Made by a program: the position numbers and the translations under genes
Part shown: positions 44,601 to 59,600 of the stretch, in pieces
How the letters are laid out: every line of letters starts with the position of its first letter
Position numbering within the stretch: the stretch's first letter is position 1
Assembly (NCBI RefSeq): GCF_964204865.1
Contig: NC_135261.1
Location: 6,262,001-6,326,000 of the forward strand
Length of the DNA stretch: 64,000 nt
Reading direction: 5' to 3'
Source of the DNA: Styela clava
Taxonomy: Eukaryota
Notes under the pieces: generated by a model
The model's input: the letters and a program-made list of their open reading frames with translations, nothing else
Told to the model about the DNA's origin: nothing
Database searches by the model: none

Positions 44601-47600
44601 TGTTAGGTAAGTATAATGTTTAGAAGTTGAATAACATATGGAATCTGGAAAAGGCCTGGGCAGAAATTTACTGAAAATTGGTTCTATCATAAAGGTTTTA
44701 ATACGACGCTATTCACTCCCGAAAAATCTCTGTACAAGAAGACTCTGATATGCAAGAAGTTAATTTTTTTTTTTTTTAAAAACCTTAATCATTTCTCTTC
44801 GACATTGCCTATCCAATTTAATAACCAACGAGAGATGTGGCCATAAGGGTTACTTCCGAACCAAGATGACGGATACCGAAACGTATCATGTGTACCAAGT
44901 TAAGGTTAGGCCATAATTTTATTCCAATTTTTCTTATTTTAGTTCTATTACGAGTTCGGGGACTAGCCAAGTGACTTCCGTAGTATTTGTACCTGAACTT
45001 ATGGCCTAACCCTAACCTGGTACACATACTACGTTCCGGTATCCGCCATCTTGGTTCACATACTTCGGGAGCACTCCATAAGGTTCGAACCCGACCCTCC
45101 CGAACCCGTAGTTAGGTCCACCTAAGCTATCGCGTCCGTAAGAAGGTTTCTATTTGGTATGCGATACCTCATTCCTAAATATGAAATCAAATACAAACCT
45201 ATTTGTACTGGAGTATTGTTTCAAAGCACTGAATATTCTGCCCATTTCATATTGCCAGTCATCGCACTGAAAACAGTTAGAAGTTTTACAATAAGCACCT
45301 GAAAGATCGCAATTGAATAAAAAAACTCTTCAACTTAGATACTCATTGCGTAATCATATATTTGACAAATCGAACTCATGATGGAATATTCTTCGACAAT
45401 CGACAATATCATAAAAACCTGATGAATGTCACTCTAGTTTGTTAATAACGAAATAGTTATACTTCTATAATCTGTGCTATCCACTCCGTTAGCACTCTAT
45501 TCTAATAATTATTTTGATATTCTAGAGTAAAAGAAGTCATTAAAACGTGCGGCTATGTACCAATTTAAATGAAATGTACAAGTTATAAACAGCAGACTTT
45601 AATTTATAGCTGAAAGGAAGTAAAAGAGCATTGGGTACCTGTAAAGCTAACTCGTAATACTGTTCGTATGCCAGTATTGTCTGTTTGATTCGCTCCAACC
45701 TCTGTTTTGTGAGGGACCAGGTTTTCTTTATATCATCCACGTCCATATGTCGGGGATTACTTTTTCCCATATTTGCTTCAGCATTCGCAGCGAAACTTAG
45801 ACAGTCCTCATATGGAGTCTGGATAATGGTAAATTTTAAGCATTATCAGGCCTCACCATGACATTGTATTTGAATTATGTTTGAATCACCATATTCAGGT
45901 GAAGTAAACAATATATCGCAACAAATAGTTTACAGCTAGCAGGTGATCTCATCATATTATTTTGAAAGCCTAAAGCAGTTTTTTCGGGATAATATTTGAA
46001 CATATATTTCAAAGTTCATTTTGTTTAAATCATTTTTTCAATCTGACACCCTAGCTACAAAGTGTATCATTTGTAACAACTTATAAACTCATGTTTAAGA
46101 TAAAATCGAACCTTTTTGTTTGCTTTCTTATTTGTATTCAAATTAAGAATTTTTTTTGTTTCTATGAAGCTATTAGCAGTATAAATTTTAGGATATATTA
46201 CTGAGCAAATTGTATTCCTGATGTATTTGCTTCTGGAGGTCCAAAAAACGAAATTGTTGCAGTTTACCTGAATCTTTAAGGATATCTTTTCATATTCCTC
46301 ATACAAGGATGCAGCAATGCTCTTGCTTGAACAAGATAGAAGGCCATTTTCCAGAGTTTGAATTACCCTGCTCACTTCGTCAAGTACTTGTTTTTGCTAA
46401 AATATCATTTTAAAACAAATAAATACCTTGATCATATTTTATTTACTATTGTTGTCTTTCCCTTCGCACAAACATGGTTCGTGAAAAAGTAAACCTTCAA
46501 ATTTTCCATTAACCGATCAGGAATTTTCGGATTTTTTTTGCTCGCATCGTACGTATTAGTACATTTGGTCATATTTGATGCAATTAAAGTAAATGACAGC
46601 GCGTGAATTGAGATTGGAGCGATGGAATATAGATATAGGTATATACATACCTTGCGGAGTTCTTGTGAATACCATGCGGTATTAAGTTGATTCAATAGGG
46701 TCTCTCTGTGTTGTTGCCAAACTTTTTGCCAGCTTGTGTTTGCTGCTGAAATTTCCATGGTTGCCTTGTCAATGCTAGGCCTGTCTTCGCTCTTGTGTAA
46801 CTGCAAAATAGCATTTCGACATTTGCCGTCCAATATTCTCATTTGTGAAAGCCAAACCTTACGAATTTATTTACATATAAATGGCAGTAGCACTCTTATT
46901 GCAATCCATGATTATGCGTCTTTTATCGCCCATATTTAACAAAATGTTTCTTACCCTTCCCAAAGACAGTTGATTGATAATCTGATGAACACCAAACGTG
47001 CCGGACGTGATAGATTTCATGAGTTCGTCCACACTTAATTTGAGTCGGTCATGATTGCGGAGCAATAACGTCACGTAGGATTCTTTCTTCGGATGTGCAA
47101 GTGCCCCTTCGGATTCAGCAATAAGCTCCTTTTCCCGCATATCATTCTCAGTGTCGTGGAGTAATTTCCAAAGCTGATTAAATGAAATTCAACCATGAAT
47201 TTGTATAGAAAAACTTTCGAAGGTTTTCATTAGAAAACGTTTCTTTGCTCTTTTTGTACATAGTCGAAGAAATAGGAATTTCAGGTACTCCCGTGGTATG
47301 TGTACCATGTTAGGGTTAAGCCATAATTTTATTCCAATTTTCCCTATTTTAGTTCAATTAAAAGTTCGGGGACTTTTGTGTTAGCCAAGTGAATATACCC
47401 CATGCCCATAGGTTTCAATCCCTTTACACAACTTGATGTGAAGTAGGCGAACAAAATTAGTTACTTCCATTTTGGTACACATACTTCTGGAGTGCCCAAT
47501 TTTAAATTGTGTACCGTAAAACAAAACATTATTTAAGCTACCTGTCCTGTGTCACGATGGACGTGTTTGGCGGTCGCCAAAGCCATGTTGTAATTCTTCA

Positions 47601-50600
47601 ACCGCATCTGTAGGTTCTGGTGACGGGTTAGGAGGCTTCTAATGAGTAGGTCTTTGTCTTCTGTAGAGTCTTGTCTGTCAATGCTCCGTGGAGTATTATT
47701 AACGCTTGCTAGAGGAGTTCGTGAGGGTGGTGTACGGAGTCCCAATATTTCAGAAAGCTGGCAGAAAATATGTATTGTATTGGTCATAATTGAATTCTTG
47801 AGTTCTTAAATGTATAATTGTGGTTGGACCGAATAATAATTTTCGATCAATATTTCACAGGATGTTGGTCATTTAAATATTTGAACGCCATCTTGTGGCG
47901 AAAAATGAACAACCCCTAACGAAAAAAATGCAACACTCGTACTACCGTTTAGATTTTAAATAAACATAACAAAATTGATACGAATTGAAAATACAGTTCA
48001 CAGATGTATAAATGTGGTTGGATCGAATAATAATTTTCAATCAATTTTACAGGAGGTTAGCCATTTAATTTAATTATTTGAACGCCATGTTGTGGCGAAA
48101 AATAAACAACCCTTTCAAAAGAAAAACGCAACACTCGTACTACCGTTTAGATTTAAAATGAGCATAACGGAATTGAAACGAATTGGAAATAAAGTTCTTG
48201 AATATATAAATGTGGTTGGACTGAATAACTATTTTCAATCAATTTTTTACAGGATGTTAGCCATTTAATTTATTCATTTGAACGCTATCTTGTGGCGAAA
48301 AGTAAACAATCCTTTTATATAAAAAAAATGCAACACTCGTACTACCATTCAGCTTTTAAACCCGCTCTTTACATGGAAAGGTTACTAATACGTGATGCAG
48401 GTGATTCAATAACAAAAGTTTATGATGTCTCTTTTTTGCAAATGACTTATTACACATTATAACTCATTATACTTAACGACGTTTACCTTGACCACTTTTT
48501 CTATTTCCCCATTAATAGACTGCAGTAAATTGAGTCTATCCCCAAGATCCACGATTAGTTTTTGTGTTGAATCTACATCATCCCCGAGCCTCACTTCATC
48601 ATTTATGAACACCGCCTGCTCTAGGTTATCCATTGCTTTCATTAGCTGAAAAATAATTCAATGTTTAGAAAGTTTATGGGTACTCAAACAATATTCAATC
48701 TCAGCTGTCGTAGATTAAATTAGCAAATCACAAATCGATTTAGAAAAGTATTGAGATGATATAACCTTTCCATAGTATGAGGTAATTACAATACACAAGA
48801 CAAACACGCTGGACGGAAATCCGGTTCAGTTGTCAAAACTTCAAATGAGACACAAGAGCGCCCCAATCTCACCTTGTGGCATAGAATATAAGTGAGTGAA
48901 AAAATGACAATAAGATATTTCTGATCGTTCTTCAACTTAGTAATATTACCAAAATATATGTGAAAAAACACGATAAAATACTTTCAAATAGGGAATTAAT
49001 CGTGGTACGGTTGTGATAAGTTATGTCGATGACATACACAAGAGAGCATATATCACATGTACATCAGTATTCAGAGTTGACTACGAAAGTTGTTGGTAAC
49101 TCTGCTGCTCGTTAGAAACTGAGTTAATTGTGTAATTGTAATAAAGCTTTTATTAAATAGTTAGTAACTGGGTTTCAATAACATCACTTAGTCGAAGTGA
49201 CGTTGAAGTTTCGTAATCTTAGTGGTAGTTCAATAGAGTAACGAGAACAGTAGATGTTATTATACATACCCTATCTGCAGTATTTTCCACATTTTTCCAT
49301 TGTACATTCACATCCTTCCCTACATTATTTCTATATTGCCAAGTCAGCCACAGATCTAGTAGGTCGTCCTTTTCCTGTTTGAGTTGTTTTGTAATATCTT
49401 GTACGCGGCTCACCGATTCCTCAGTTTCGAGGTTATCATCTAGTGACAGAAAATAATAATGATGTCAAAACTTTTATCTGATTAGAAAATTGAAGATACC
49501 CGTGATTTTTCTCAGCAGGCCACCCAGAAAATGTTAGAAGTAGTCACTTATTATTTTTTAAATATTTCGGGGATTTTACAATCAACGTACTATGTTATTG
49601 AAACAGCTTTGCACCACAAGTCCCATGTCTAGACATGAGTTCTATCTACACTTATTATGAGATTATTTTTATATTTGGCGATACTTGATACTTGCAAATT
49701 ATAGCGGTATATGAAACTCTTTGACTCAGCTTCAGCATTGCAGTTGAAGTTATAAACGCAATGTTTGTAGCATAAATTGTGCAAAATTAATTTGTACGAT
49801 ATTCGCGACACGATAGGAATGAGAGCATGGATAAAATATGGTTGGGAATTTAACCATCACCTTCGATTCCTTCCTTCAGCTTTCCAATCAAACTCTGCGA
49901 CGTGTCAATAGCATTGAGGCATTTTTCTTGGACTGCCTGTAGTTCTTCTTGTAAAGAGATTCGTTCTTGGTCAGACATCTGATTCAACTTTTCGTGCTGA
50001 CTCGGTGCAAGAACTGTCCGAAGCCGTGACATTGTTTCCGAGGTCTGCCAATGGTTTAGCATATATTGAATATTATATTAGTGCAGTCTGAATGAATTGC
50101 TCGCTATTCATGACTTGTTTTCATATCGCAAACGATCGCCATATTTCTATCCATAACCCTTAATCATGCATGACACACCGAAATTGACTGTCTGGTATTA
50201 ACAAATTCTGAGTGTAAAAAGGGCATCAACAGACCATGTTTGAATGTTGCACTCGAATCTCAGCCGACACGCGCGCTTATCCGATTAGCCTGCAATTTCT
50301 ACACTCGTTATGTGAGTTATATACCTTGTAAGTGACGGATGCCATGATGCATTAAGTATTTTGTTGCACATAGAAATATAAATACCAAAAGTTGATCGCT
50401 AAATGCTTGTTACACATTATGCTGCTTACACATTATTACAGGGCTTAGGGCCCAAGATTATTTCATAAAGGGGTGATTATATGGGTGAATAGTTCACATG
50501 CTTTACCGGCGAGCGATGCGGCGTAAAGGCAAAACTTAACAATGCATTTAATTCATATTTTGCAACATATCTTTATATTTGTTCATGTATGCATAATGCG

Positions 50601-53600
50601 CAATACACAAATTTGTCTAACATTTCATGCGCACCATTTCTGATAGAATTACGTCACATAACTTCCACAATTTATCACAAACGTGAACAAATAGAAAATT
50701 CATGTGTCAAGCAATTTATAGCAAATATTGTATGGCTTACCTGATCGGCATTCGATAGACAATCCACAAAACTCTCCGCAAGATTTGCTCTTGAGTTTAC
50801 TATTTTGTTTATTCTTGTCATATCGACTTTGAGTTCTTCTGCTCTATCTCTAACTAAGGTTGGTCTCGCTACTCCAGCTTCTAATAGCACGTTTGCTGTT
50901 TCGACTAACGATTCTAGGTCGCAGTTTTTCTTCTGCAAAAGTTAAAATGAAGGAATTGAAAAACAACAAAGTTTAGTGAGTGACGAATGACGGGGGAGTA
51001 TTGGAGCAAAACGCAAAAATCTAAACACACTTCATTCTCTGCGTCAACGTTATCGCTAATACCAGCTCAATCATATTTGCGGGGTGACCCAGGTAATTTA
51101 CAAAAAAGAATTGGATTGCGGACTGGAACTAATCTTCGCTAAAATACGAATTGAAATATCTGCTGTTCAAATGGCAATACGCGAACTTCTGTGTTTTATA
51201 AAAGACCTTGTAAATGCATTGCTTACCTTGCGACCTTGTTTCTATGTATTTCCGATAAATTTAAGCAATTTTAACATGTTACGTCTCGGCGTGACATATT
51301 GATTAATGTTTAGTTTAGCATTCGCAGACTTATACACGTGTACCGTCTTCCATCATTTCGCAAATCATAATTAATCCGATTTGCAACACAAGATCTTTCT
51401 TGTATTATTAACGAGCATTTCAGGTCGTCGTTATCGGTTACTCATGTAAATGTTAACGCAGTTTTTCGACACGCGGTCCAAGCTTGACTAAACTTATTGC
51501 GGTTCTATCGAAATCACTCATTGTATACAGCATTACGAGAGTTTAAAATACTTCATAATGGACGATAAAACTTTCTGCTTCGATTGTGCTTGTGAAGTCA
51601 TTCGATTTTACTAGGTACCGCAGCACCAAGCTTCTTTATTAAAGATGCACCTTTTCTTGCATATACAAAAATATGTCAATTCAATTCTATCTGCTGTCTT
51701 ACTCTCGCAAGTATCAAAGTGGTTCAGGCTGACAAAGCCCTTGAGGTTATGCGCTTGTGTTATTACGACTTCAAAACGCAAAATATGACAATTACTAGTT
51801 GAACGTACAAATTAGGAGTTGATCGCGCGGAAAGGTGTGTTATTTCAACACACTAATTGTCTGTTGGCATACAGAATTTAGTTGTAAGTCTTATACGTCT
51901 TCCGCTTTGAAAGGAATTCGTGAAATTGTAATAACATTGGTTAGCCTTTTAATATTTGTTATTTTCTCGGTAAATAAGCAATCCATCAGCGGCGAACGAA
52001 ATAATTAATTTGATATTCAATTGACCAATTTTATTGGCCTTGTTAAAGCATCAACAATAAACTACATACATAATATACCTTCAAAGTGGGATCTATTTTG
52101 ACAGTGATATGATTTGTATGACCCACGCGTTTCATTTATCACCTCATTCTTTTAACGTTTTCAGATAAGAAAAGTTCGTTCGAAATATAATTTAACTGTA
52201 CTATACTAGTCCTTGACTATATCACAAGTAAAATTGCGTATCTGGTACCGGAAGTTTGTAACATAGATTGATGTCTGCGCGAATGCAGAATATTTGCGCA
52301 AGGTAAATAGGAAAACGACCTTTTGACCGAATACACTGCTACGATGAACATGAAATGTCAAGTTTTTGGGATTCGAGAACTTTGCAACAATATCCAAACG
52401 TTTGGATATATGTCTGGTGGTTTTACGTGCTACATTTTAAAGCAAACTTACGGTCATGTGAGATGAATTTGAAATACCTCCTTTTGAACAAATTTATTTA
52501 TATATTGTACGTCGAGAATAACTCGTGAATTCCGATAGCTTAATGACGAACGTAAACACTGTTTGACATAAAATGTACCCAAATGTGGAACTTTCTCACT
52601 TACCTTTATATCATTAGCAAGACTCTTGTGCCAATCCAGAAATTGAGTAGCTTCGTCTTGCGTATCACCCAATGTCGTGTTAGTACCGAGCATGTCACAT
52701 GCTTGTCGTGTCATCCAATCTGTTAACTACATAAAAACAAATAAAGGTGCAATCAGAATTGATTAGGCAAAGGTTGTTCATAACATTCTACTGCTGACTC
52801 AGTTTATAAAGTTATAGGAGCTGGTTCGCCATTATTGTTGATTACTCCACGCGTGATCGCCTGTATGAAATCCTATACTGGATAAGTTTGTGCAAATAGA
52901 ATACCGGAAATGTTAATTTAACGTAACCGCTGGTTCGTTTTAGGTGTGAGCATGTACATGCTTATCTAATGTTGGATATTGATTGCTGAAGTTGGGGTCA
53001 GTAGTCTCTGCAGTGATTTCCTTTACCCCCCTACAGGGGGCGACCTTCACTTATTCTATCACATGCATCAGCTAACTTTAATAAATTATATAGCCATATT
53101 TCAAACCGAAAAAATTCCGGTATCCCAAAATACCGTTTGGAAAGGCCTTGTACACATTTCTTGGAAATGAATCTTGAAGTCTTTGACGTGATGTCAAGTA
53201 CAATACCTAGTCCAGATCACAGCCGTTCCCCGTCCCATATTCTTCTCAAAGCCGATCGTGTGGCAAATATTGCTTCAAAAGCCAATATAGACCGGGCTTG
53301 TCTATTCACATGAGTGACACGAGATGGCGACTGATTGGAAAGGCTCTGTATATCAGTTTATTATCAGCTATTGATGCCCTACTTAAAAATGAATCTTAGA
53401 GTCTTTGACGTGGTGTCAGGTACATTCCCTAGACCAGAATACATCATTCCCCGCTTCCAAAAACTACACTATGCTGTACTTATTCTATCATTATGTATGA
53501 TAGAATCTGAAATGTTATCGATATCATGCCATGTTCGGATCATTGAAATTAAAAAGTGATATTACCTCTTGGCAACTTGCGAAGAACAGAGCAGCCATCT

Positions 53601-56600
53601 CATTAATTCTCATTGCTTCCTGTCTATATTTAATGACTGTTTTCTCCAGATTTGATTTCTGTTCATCTAATTGCCTTATTGAATTTTCGACTCCGACAGC
53701 TCCAGGGTCAATTCGATCTTCCTCCTCTTCGTAACTAACAATATGTGTGACTCAATAATGTACATTGTAGCTGAACCAGTTTTTGCCTTTAGCTTGTTTT
53801 CAATTTTATTTTATTATAAAGTGAATGGTAGAGTTCAAATTTACGTTTGACACTTTGTCATTCAAGTTCTAATTTTGAGATATGAGTTGATTGATCAAGT
53901 TGCCAATAATAATGTATCGTATGATAGTGTATCTTTGTGTGTTGCCGGATTAAGATTTTGCCACTTGCTTGTTTTAAGTGCCTTCATATAGTAAGAATGA
54001 TAGTGTTACAATAAACATTTGACCATTTGACTTTGTTATTCTGATTTCATGACAAGACATGAATTTGATAAATGAAGTTGTCAATGATACAACGTATTCT
54101 CGTGTATAATTTAGCTGAATTCAATTTTGGTTTGCCTGTTTTATATCTAATTTCAATGATAGAGTTCCAATATATAATCGAATCTCCCAGTTTTAACATA
54201 CAGTGAAATCCACTACTTTTGTGCTATGCTAAATTTTACAGAGTAGGTTCGACAATGTAATAAAATATTTACGCTCTCTCCAAAATATCCCTTGCCAGAT
54301 CTTCAGCAGGTTTGTATGACAATGAAATAGCTTCCATAAATTTTGAGCACTGGGTTTCAAGTTCATCCAGGTCTGTTGAAAATACCATATTATCTAAATT
54401 CTTTTGTATTTCATCCAGTGATTTCTTTGCCTGTAATATAGGAAACCGTTTTATATAATATTTGAATGTATATATATCATTCAACACTGCTGCAAGCTTT
54501 TGAACTTATTTGCAGTTAATTGAAAAATCATGCTATATGATCTTATTGAACACTCATAAACAAGAATCATCCATTTAAGCCACAAATATTCAGAACTTTC
54601 CGGAAAAGCTAAACTACACAAAGAATATGAAAATTTGAGCTATAATTTGAAATACTGGCTGCGTTTGAATGATGCAATTATTGAAAAGCTGAATTCTATA
54701 ATGCCCATTTAAACATTTCGTTCTATTGATCGGAAATCACAAATTATCGTTTGTCGTACCTCGGAAGCAACTCGGAAAAAACTTTCAGATTGTGCAAGAT
54801 TGTCTCTTCTTTCGTCAATGAGTCTCATAAAACTTTCTCCAGCATTATCCAGTTCGTGAGCTTTCTGGGCCACTGGTTCTGTACCGATTGCTCCTAAGCT
54901 TTCGATGGCTCGTAGAAGAAGTCCTTTGACTCTCTCAAGACGATTCTGTTAACGTGAAAATAGTGTTCATTACCAATGTTTCGTACCAATGGCATTCGAC
55001 CTAAACCGAAAGAGTTACCTGAGCTTGTACTTTTATTTCTTCAACGTGACACTGCATTGCTTCAGCCCGTTCAAGATTTTCTCCGAGATCGTTTGTGTTA
55101 AAATCTCTCTTCTTTGCTTCTTCGAACCATTCAATCACCTTCAATTTATCATAAAGCAGGAAAGTAGTTCTTATAGCAATTGTTTGATGAATTTAGAGAT
55201 TGTAGAATTATGCACATGTTAGATAGCAAATCGGGTCAAAAATTATTTGAATTATCTACCGCGTAATTTCCAAATCATTGAATAGTGATTATGACAGTGG
55301 TTCTTAAAGTATGGGTCGCGACCCAAACATGGGTCGCGGAAGGTTTAAAAATGGGTCGCGACAAGGTCGTCAATGCAAGGGCAATCTAAGAGGAGAAGGA
55401 CGAATTTTCAGCTTTCCCAATGTTTCAATTTAGCTTCTAAACTCTGGTATTTAAAAATAATGAAATAAAAATTTTCATTCACGGAAAGAACTGTCTTGAG
55501 CACATTGTTACATCACAATTCTGATATGCCAGTCACGTGTATTATTTTTATGGTATCGGTAACCATGCACGTCGCTTGTCGTTGTGTTGACCGCATGGAA
55601 TGTCGTCTTAGTGGATTAAAATAACCAAAAATGGGTGTCTTTTTGGTAATGAAAATTGTAATAGACGACGCAATGAAAAAGCTCGCTTCTCGACATTAGA
55701 TTATTCAATATCTAGAGAAAATGTGACTTCATCTCGAGGCACCATTTACCGCGAACGAAGCAGTGCGTGCACATGTGACGAGTAAAAAGTTGTATATTGC
55801 GAGAGATACCGAAGGCCAGCTAGGATGTCGTGTTTGCGACGGACAGCGGACGCCTTTTCTGCTACAATTCGCGACAAGGCACTTGTGCGAGCGAGGATAT
55901 TTGGCACTGACGGTTATCAAAACTAAGCTCGCAATCGCTTTCGATACCCGTGACAACTTGCGTATTGCGTTAAGTAAAATAGAGCTGTGTATTGAAGATA
56001 TAATGAAAAAGGAAATTTCAGTTTCATCAATCTCACTGAGTCAATGGACTGTTTCTAATAAATAGTTGTCTGTATTTGAGTCAGACTGTACTAACATTAA
56101 AAACACATTTTGCGTTTTTTAGGATTGGGTCGCGAGTATTCATAAAACTCAGATTTGGGTCGCGCTCGAAAAAGTTTAAGAACCACTGGATTATGATATA
56201 ACAACCATGTGATTTATGAGGTCGTCCAATCCAAAATGTATATATAAAATGTATTCTCTAAGTGCATAATCACGTAAATTGCATTTTTACATCATATCAA
56301 ATCGTCAAGATAAGATAGTTTTTAAAGTAAGAAATGTCGATGAATTACAATCATAAGAAATCATTTAAATTCAACTTTAAACCGTTGGGTTAATCTATTT
56401 GTTTACTGACCTCTTTCACTTCCGATTCCCAGTGGCAGGTTTTGAGTGATTTTTCAAGTTGTTCCTTTCTTCTTTCATAACCGTGTTCAACTTGTCTTCG
56501 CCTGTCAATCAACGATTCAAGTGCGCACTCGATCGCAGTACAAGCACTTCCGTAGCTGGCCTAGAAATAAAGTAATACTTGTGAAAATAAAATAACTACA

Positions 56601-59600
56601 ATCTCATTTTCTGAGAGGTTTTCAAGATTTATGGTTATAACGACGCCATTTTAAAATTGTTCAAACTATAAGTATGTCTCTCCCCCGGAAGGAAACAATT
56701 AGAAACGTCTTTATCTTGTCTAATAATATTTGCTGAAAACTAAAACAATTATTGGAGAAGAGGGAGGCAAACAGGTTTAAAAATACGCACCTTTTTTAGA
56801 ACTGGTATTCCAATACAAGAAATTAGACCATTTTTAAATCAATAAGTTTTTGATCTCACTTGGAAAAACTTATTTTACAGTGATGTACTGGCAAAAAATA
56901 TTGGTGAGTGTTTTCAAAGAGGTTCGTTTATGCAATGATTCTTAAACTTTTATTATACATTTTAACACGAGCTGGAAATTGTGTACATTTGTTTAATAAT
57001 AGTTCATGTATAATTGAATAGTAGACCTTCTGCCCATCGGGTTGAGATTTTCGCCAGTTCTTCAAAATTTCCAGCAAGTTTTGTCCATGTGTTAAACATT
57101 GCATTGATGCTTCAAGCATGTTTTTTCTCATATCTTTATGCGTTTCCAACAAACTCAGCGCAGATGATTTGTCTCCTGGTAAATCTTTCCACTTAAGATA
57201 TTGCTCTAAATATGTCAGCTGCTTGTCAAACTGGAAAATAAAGGAAATCTTCATGTTTGACGTTTCAATTAACATAGAGCTAGATAATTCTGATATGATG
57301 GGACATATTCGATATTTTAACTTTACCTCTTCAGCGGCTCCGTAAAATCCAATGGACTTCCCGAGTAAATGTTGCCTCCTATTTAAATGTGACTTCAATT
57401 CCTGCCATAGATCTGCCAGAGACTGTGCCATAGCTTCGTACAAATTTCGACTCGAAATTGGTCGATCAAACGCATCCTCGTCGCAATATGATTTGGCTTG
57501 TTCTAGTAAAGCTGAAACCTGGTTTTCTTTTGTCTGTAATTCATATATATACCTTTATCAATTACCGTTTATTGGTTACGATAAAATATATTTGAGGTGC
57601 AAAATATTTTCTATCAACACTATGTTAAAACATTCACATGGATTTTGTGGTTGAGGTTACTTTTAACTTGCAATGCTATGTTAATGTCGGCTACAAAAAT
57701 CGAAAAATATCTCCTATTATTCGGCGTTAATTGCGTGCTGGGCTGCACAATTTTTACAGGATGTACGACATTAATAAATCCCCAAAAAATGCGACGAGTA
57801 GAGGATTAGTCTAATTCAACGGTGTGCAACGCGAATGTACTTATGAAGTTAATCAACTGTGATTGAAATTAGGCAAGTATTGAGACTCGTAACCTCGTTA
57901 GTCAATTGTAATATAAATATAGGAAGGCCCGATGTTTTGTTTTTTTTCATTTATTTAAGAGATACCTTTATATAACCACAGCACAACGAAATTTATTCAT
58001 TTTTTATTGGAAATAAAAATTAAAAACAAATTCATTCGAAATCTAGACACTTGTTTATTAAGAATCATACACTAGTTAAGTATATATGCCTTGGAAAGTA
58101 AAAAATATATTCTATTTGCCAACGCAAACCTATATAAATTGAAAAAGAAGACGTTTCCCTAAAATGTAAGAGGGTGTTATTTTCTACAAACCTGCATTGC
58201 ATTTAATGTTAAGACATGTTTCTCGCGGAGTTCAATTGCTTCTTTCAGATTTTTTCCGATGTCAAATGTATTCGGTCCACACTCAACTAGCTTGATTCTA
58301 ATCCAATCGGTTGCCTGGTGAAAAATATATTTCATAAGAGACTTATAAGGTTTTCTTTCATATATCTGAATTAAAAATATCTTATAAATGATTGAAAGCC
58401 CAGTGATACATATAAAAGCATTTTGAGACGAGCTTACGATGAATTAAGATTTAAATGTGAATTCAGCAAGAACATTTTTGATTCATTTCAAGTCATAACT
58501 TTGTAATAGATATTCACATGTCGTTGAAATGAGTGATGCTAATTTATTCATTTGGAGTGTGGGCTTCTCCAAGCTTCAAATTACAAATCTCAGTCTTGCT
58601 TCTGGTTTGGATTTGATTCGTGATTTAAAACACCAGTTATTGTGGGCAATGTTACTTTTACTTTAAAACCCTATTTTTGGGCATAGTTATCCGTCTATGG
58701 TTTATGTATTGCAAGTTGCCTGACTATTCGAAGCCGCTCTAGCAAAGTGACTATTTTCAAACTTGAGTTAAGACATGGTAGTAATGCATAGCTTCTTTTT
58801 ATGAAGCTAATTTTTCTCATTAATTGACCGCATACTTTAAACTCTAACCTTTTATTCGAAATTTGTTTTATTATAAACATATTCTCATAAACTTCAGCTC
58901 AAATGTAGAATTGAAAACATGAAAGGTGTTTAGATATTCAGTGTTTATTTTTATTTGTCAGTTATAGCATGATCAAACGACACAGTCCATGGAATAACAT
59001 TTAGTAAACAGAGCACAATTCTCTATTGTTCAGAAAATACTTAAATCATTCACTCAGTTGTGATTTGGCGTTGTATGCCGTAATGCGTCACAGATTAGGA
59101 AAATATAAAGCGGTAAATAACGGTTTCAGCGCATGTAGGTAGCATACTGAAGTGTTCAATACAATGTATGTATGTTTCCTGTGGCTGTTCAAATGACTTG
59201 CTTTTTGCGGGGAACTTCAATGCTTTATTTTTGATGTGCGTGACGATTGAGATTTGTTGATCCGCAGCGGAAACGTATCCTTATCAGGCTTCGAATGTTT
59301 CCAAATACAGTCGATAGATAAAATAAATTTGTGAAAACCCCCTTCATATAGTTGTTATTATGAGACGATTCGGCTGACTTCACATGTTTGTCAAAAAAAT
59401 TCATATTTTGCATTCACAAAATAGCGTTCTAATAGCGTCATATAGGCATGTTTACCGTCAGAACAAATGAAAGCTATTTGTATTAAAAATAACAAAAATA
59501 ATAAGATACTTGTTTTCCGCAAGTTATTCATTGTTATACTCTTGAGGGAATTCGGTGGTCATACTCGACTCAAGGTACGTGAAAAATGATCCCATGGCGA

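Noticed and set aside
45076-45140. tRNA gene
   Set aside because: Only A/B-box-like motifs are present; there is no acceptor or anticodon stem, so it is treated as a SINE relic.
47790-48360. Regularly spaced repeats as a possible CRISPR-like array
   Set aside because: Whole ~195-bp units are duplicated with no unique spacers, the context is a eukaryotic intron, and there are no cas genes.
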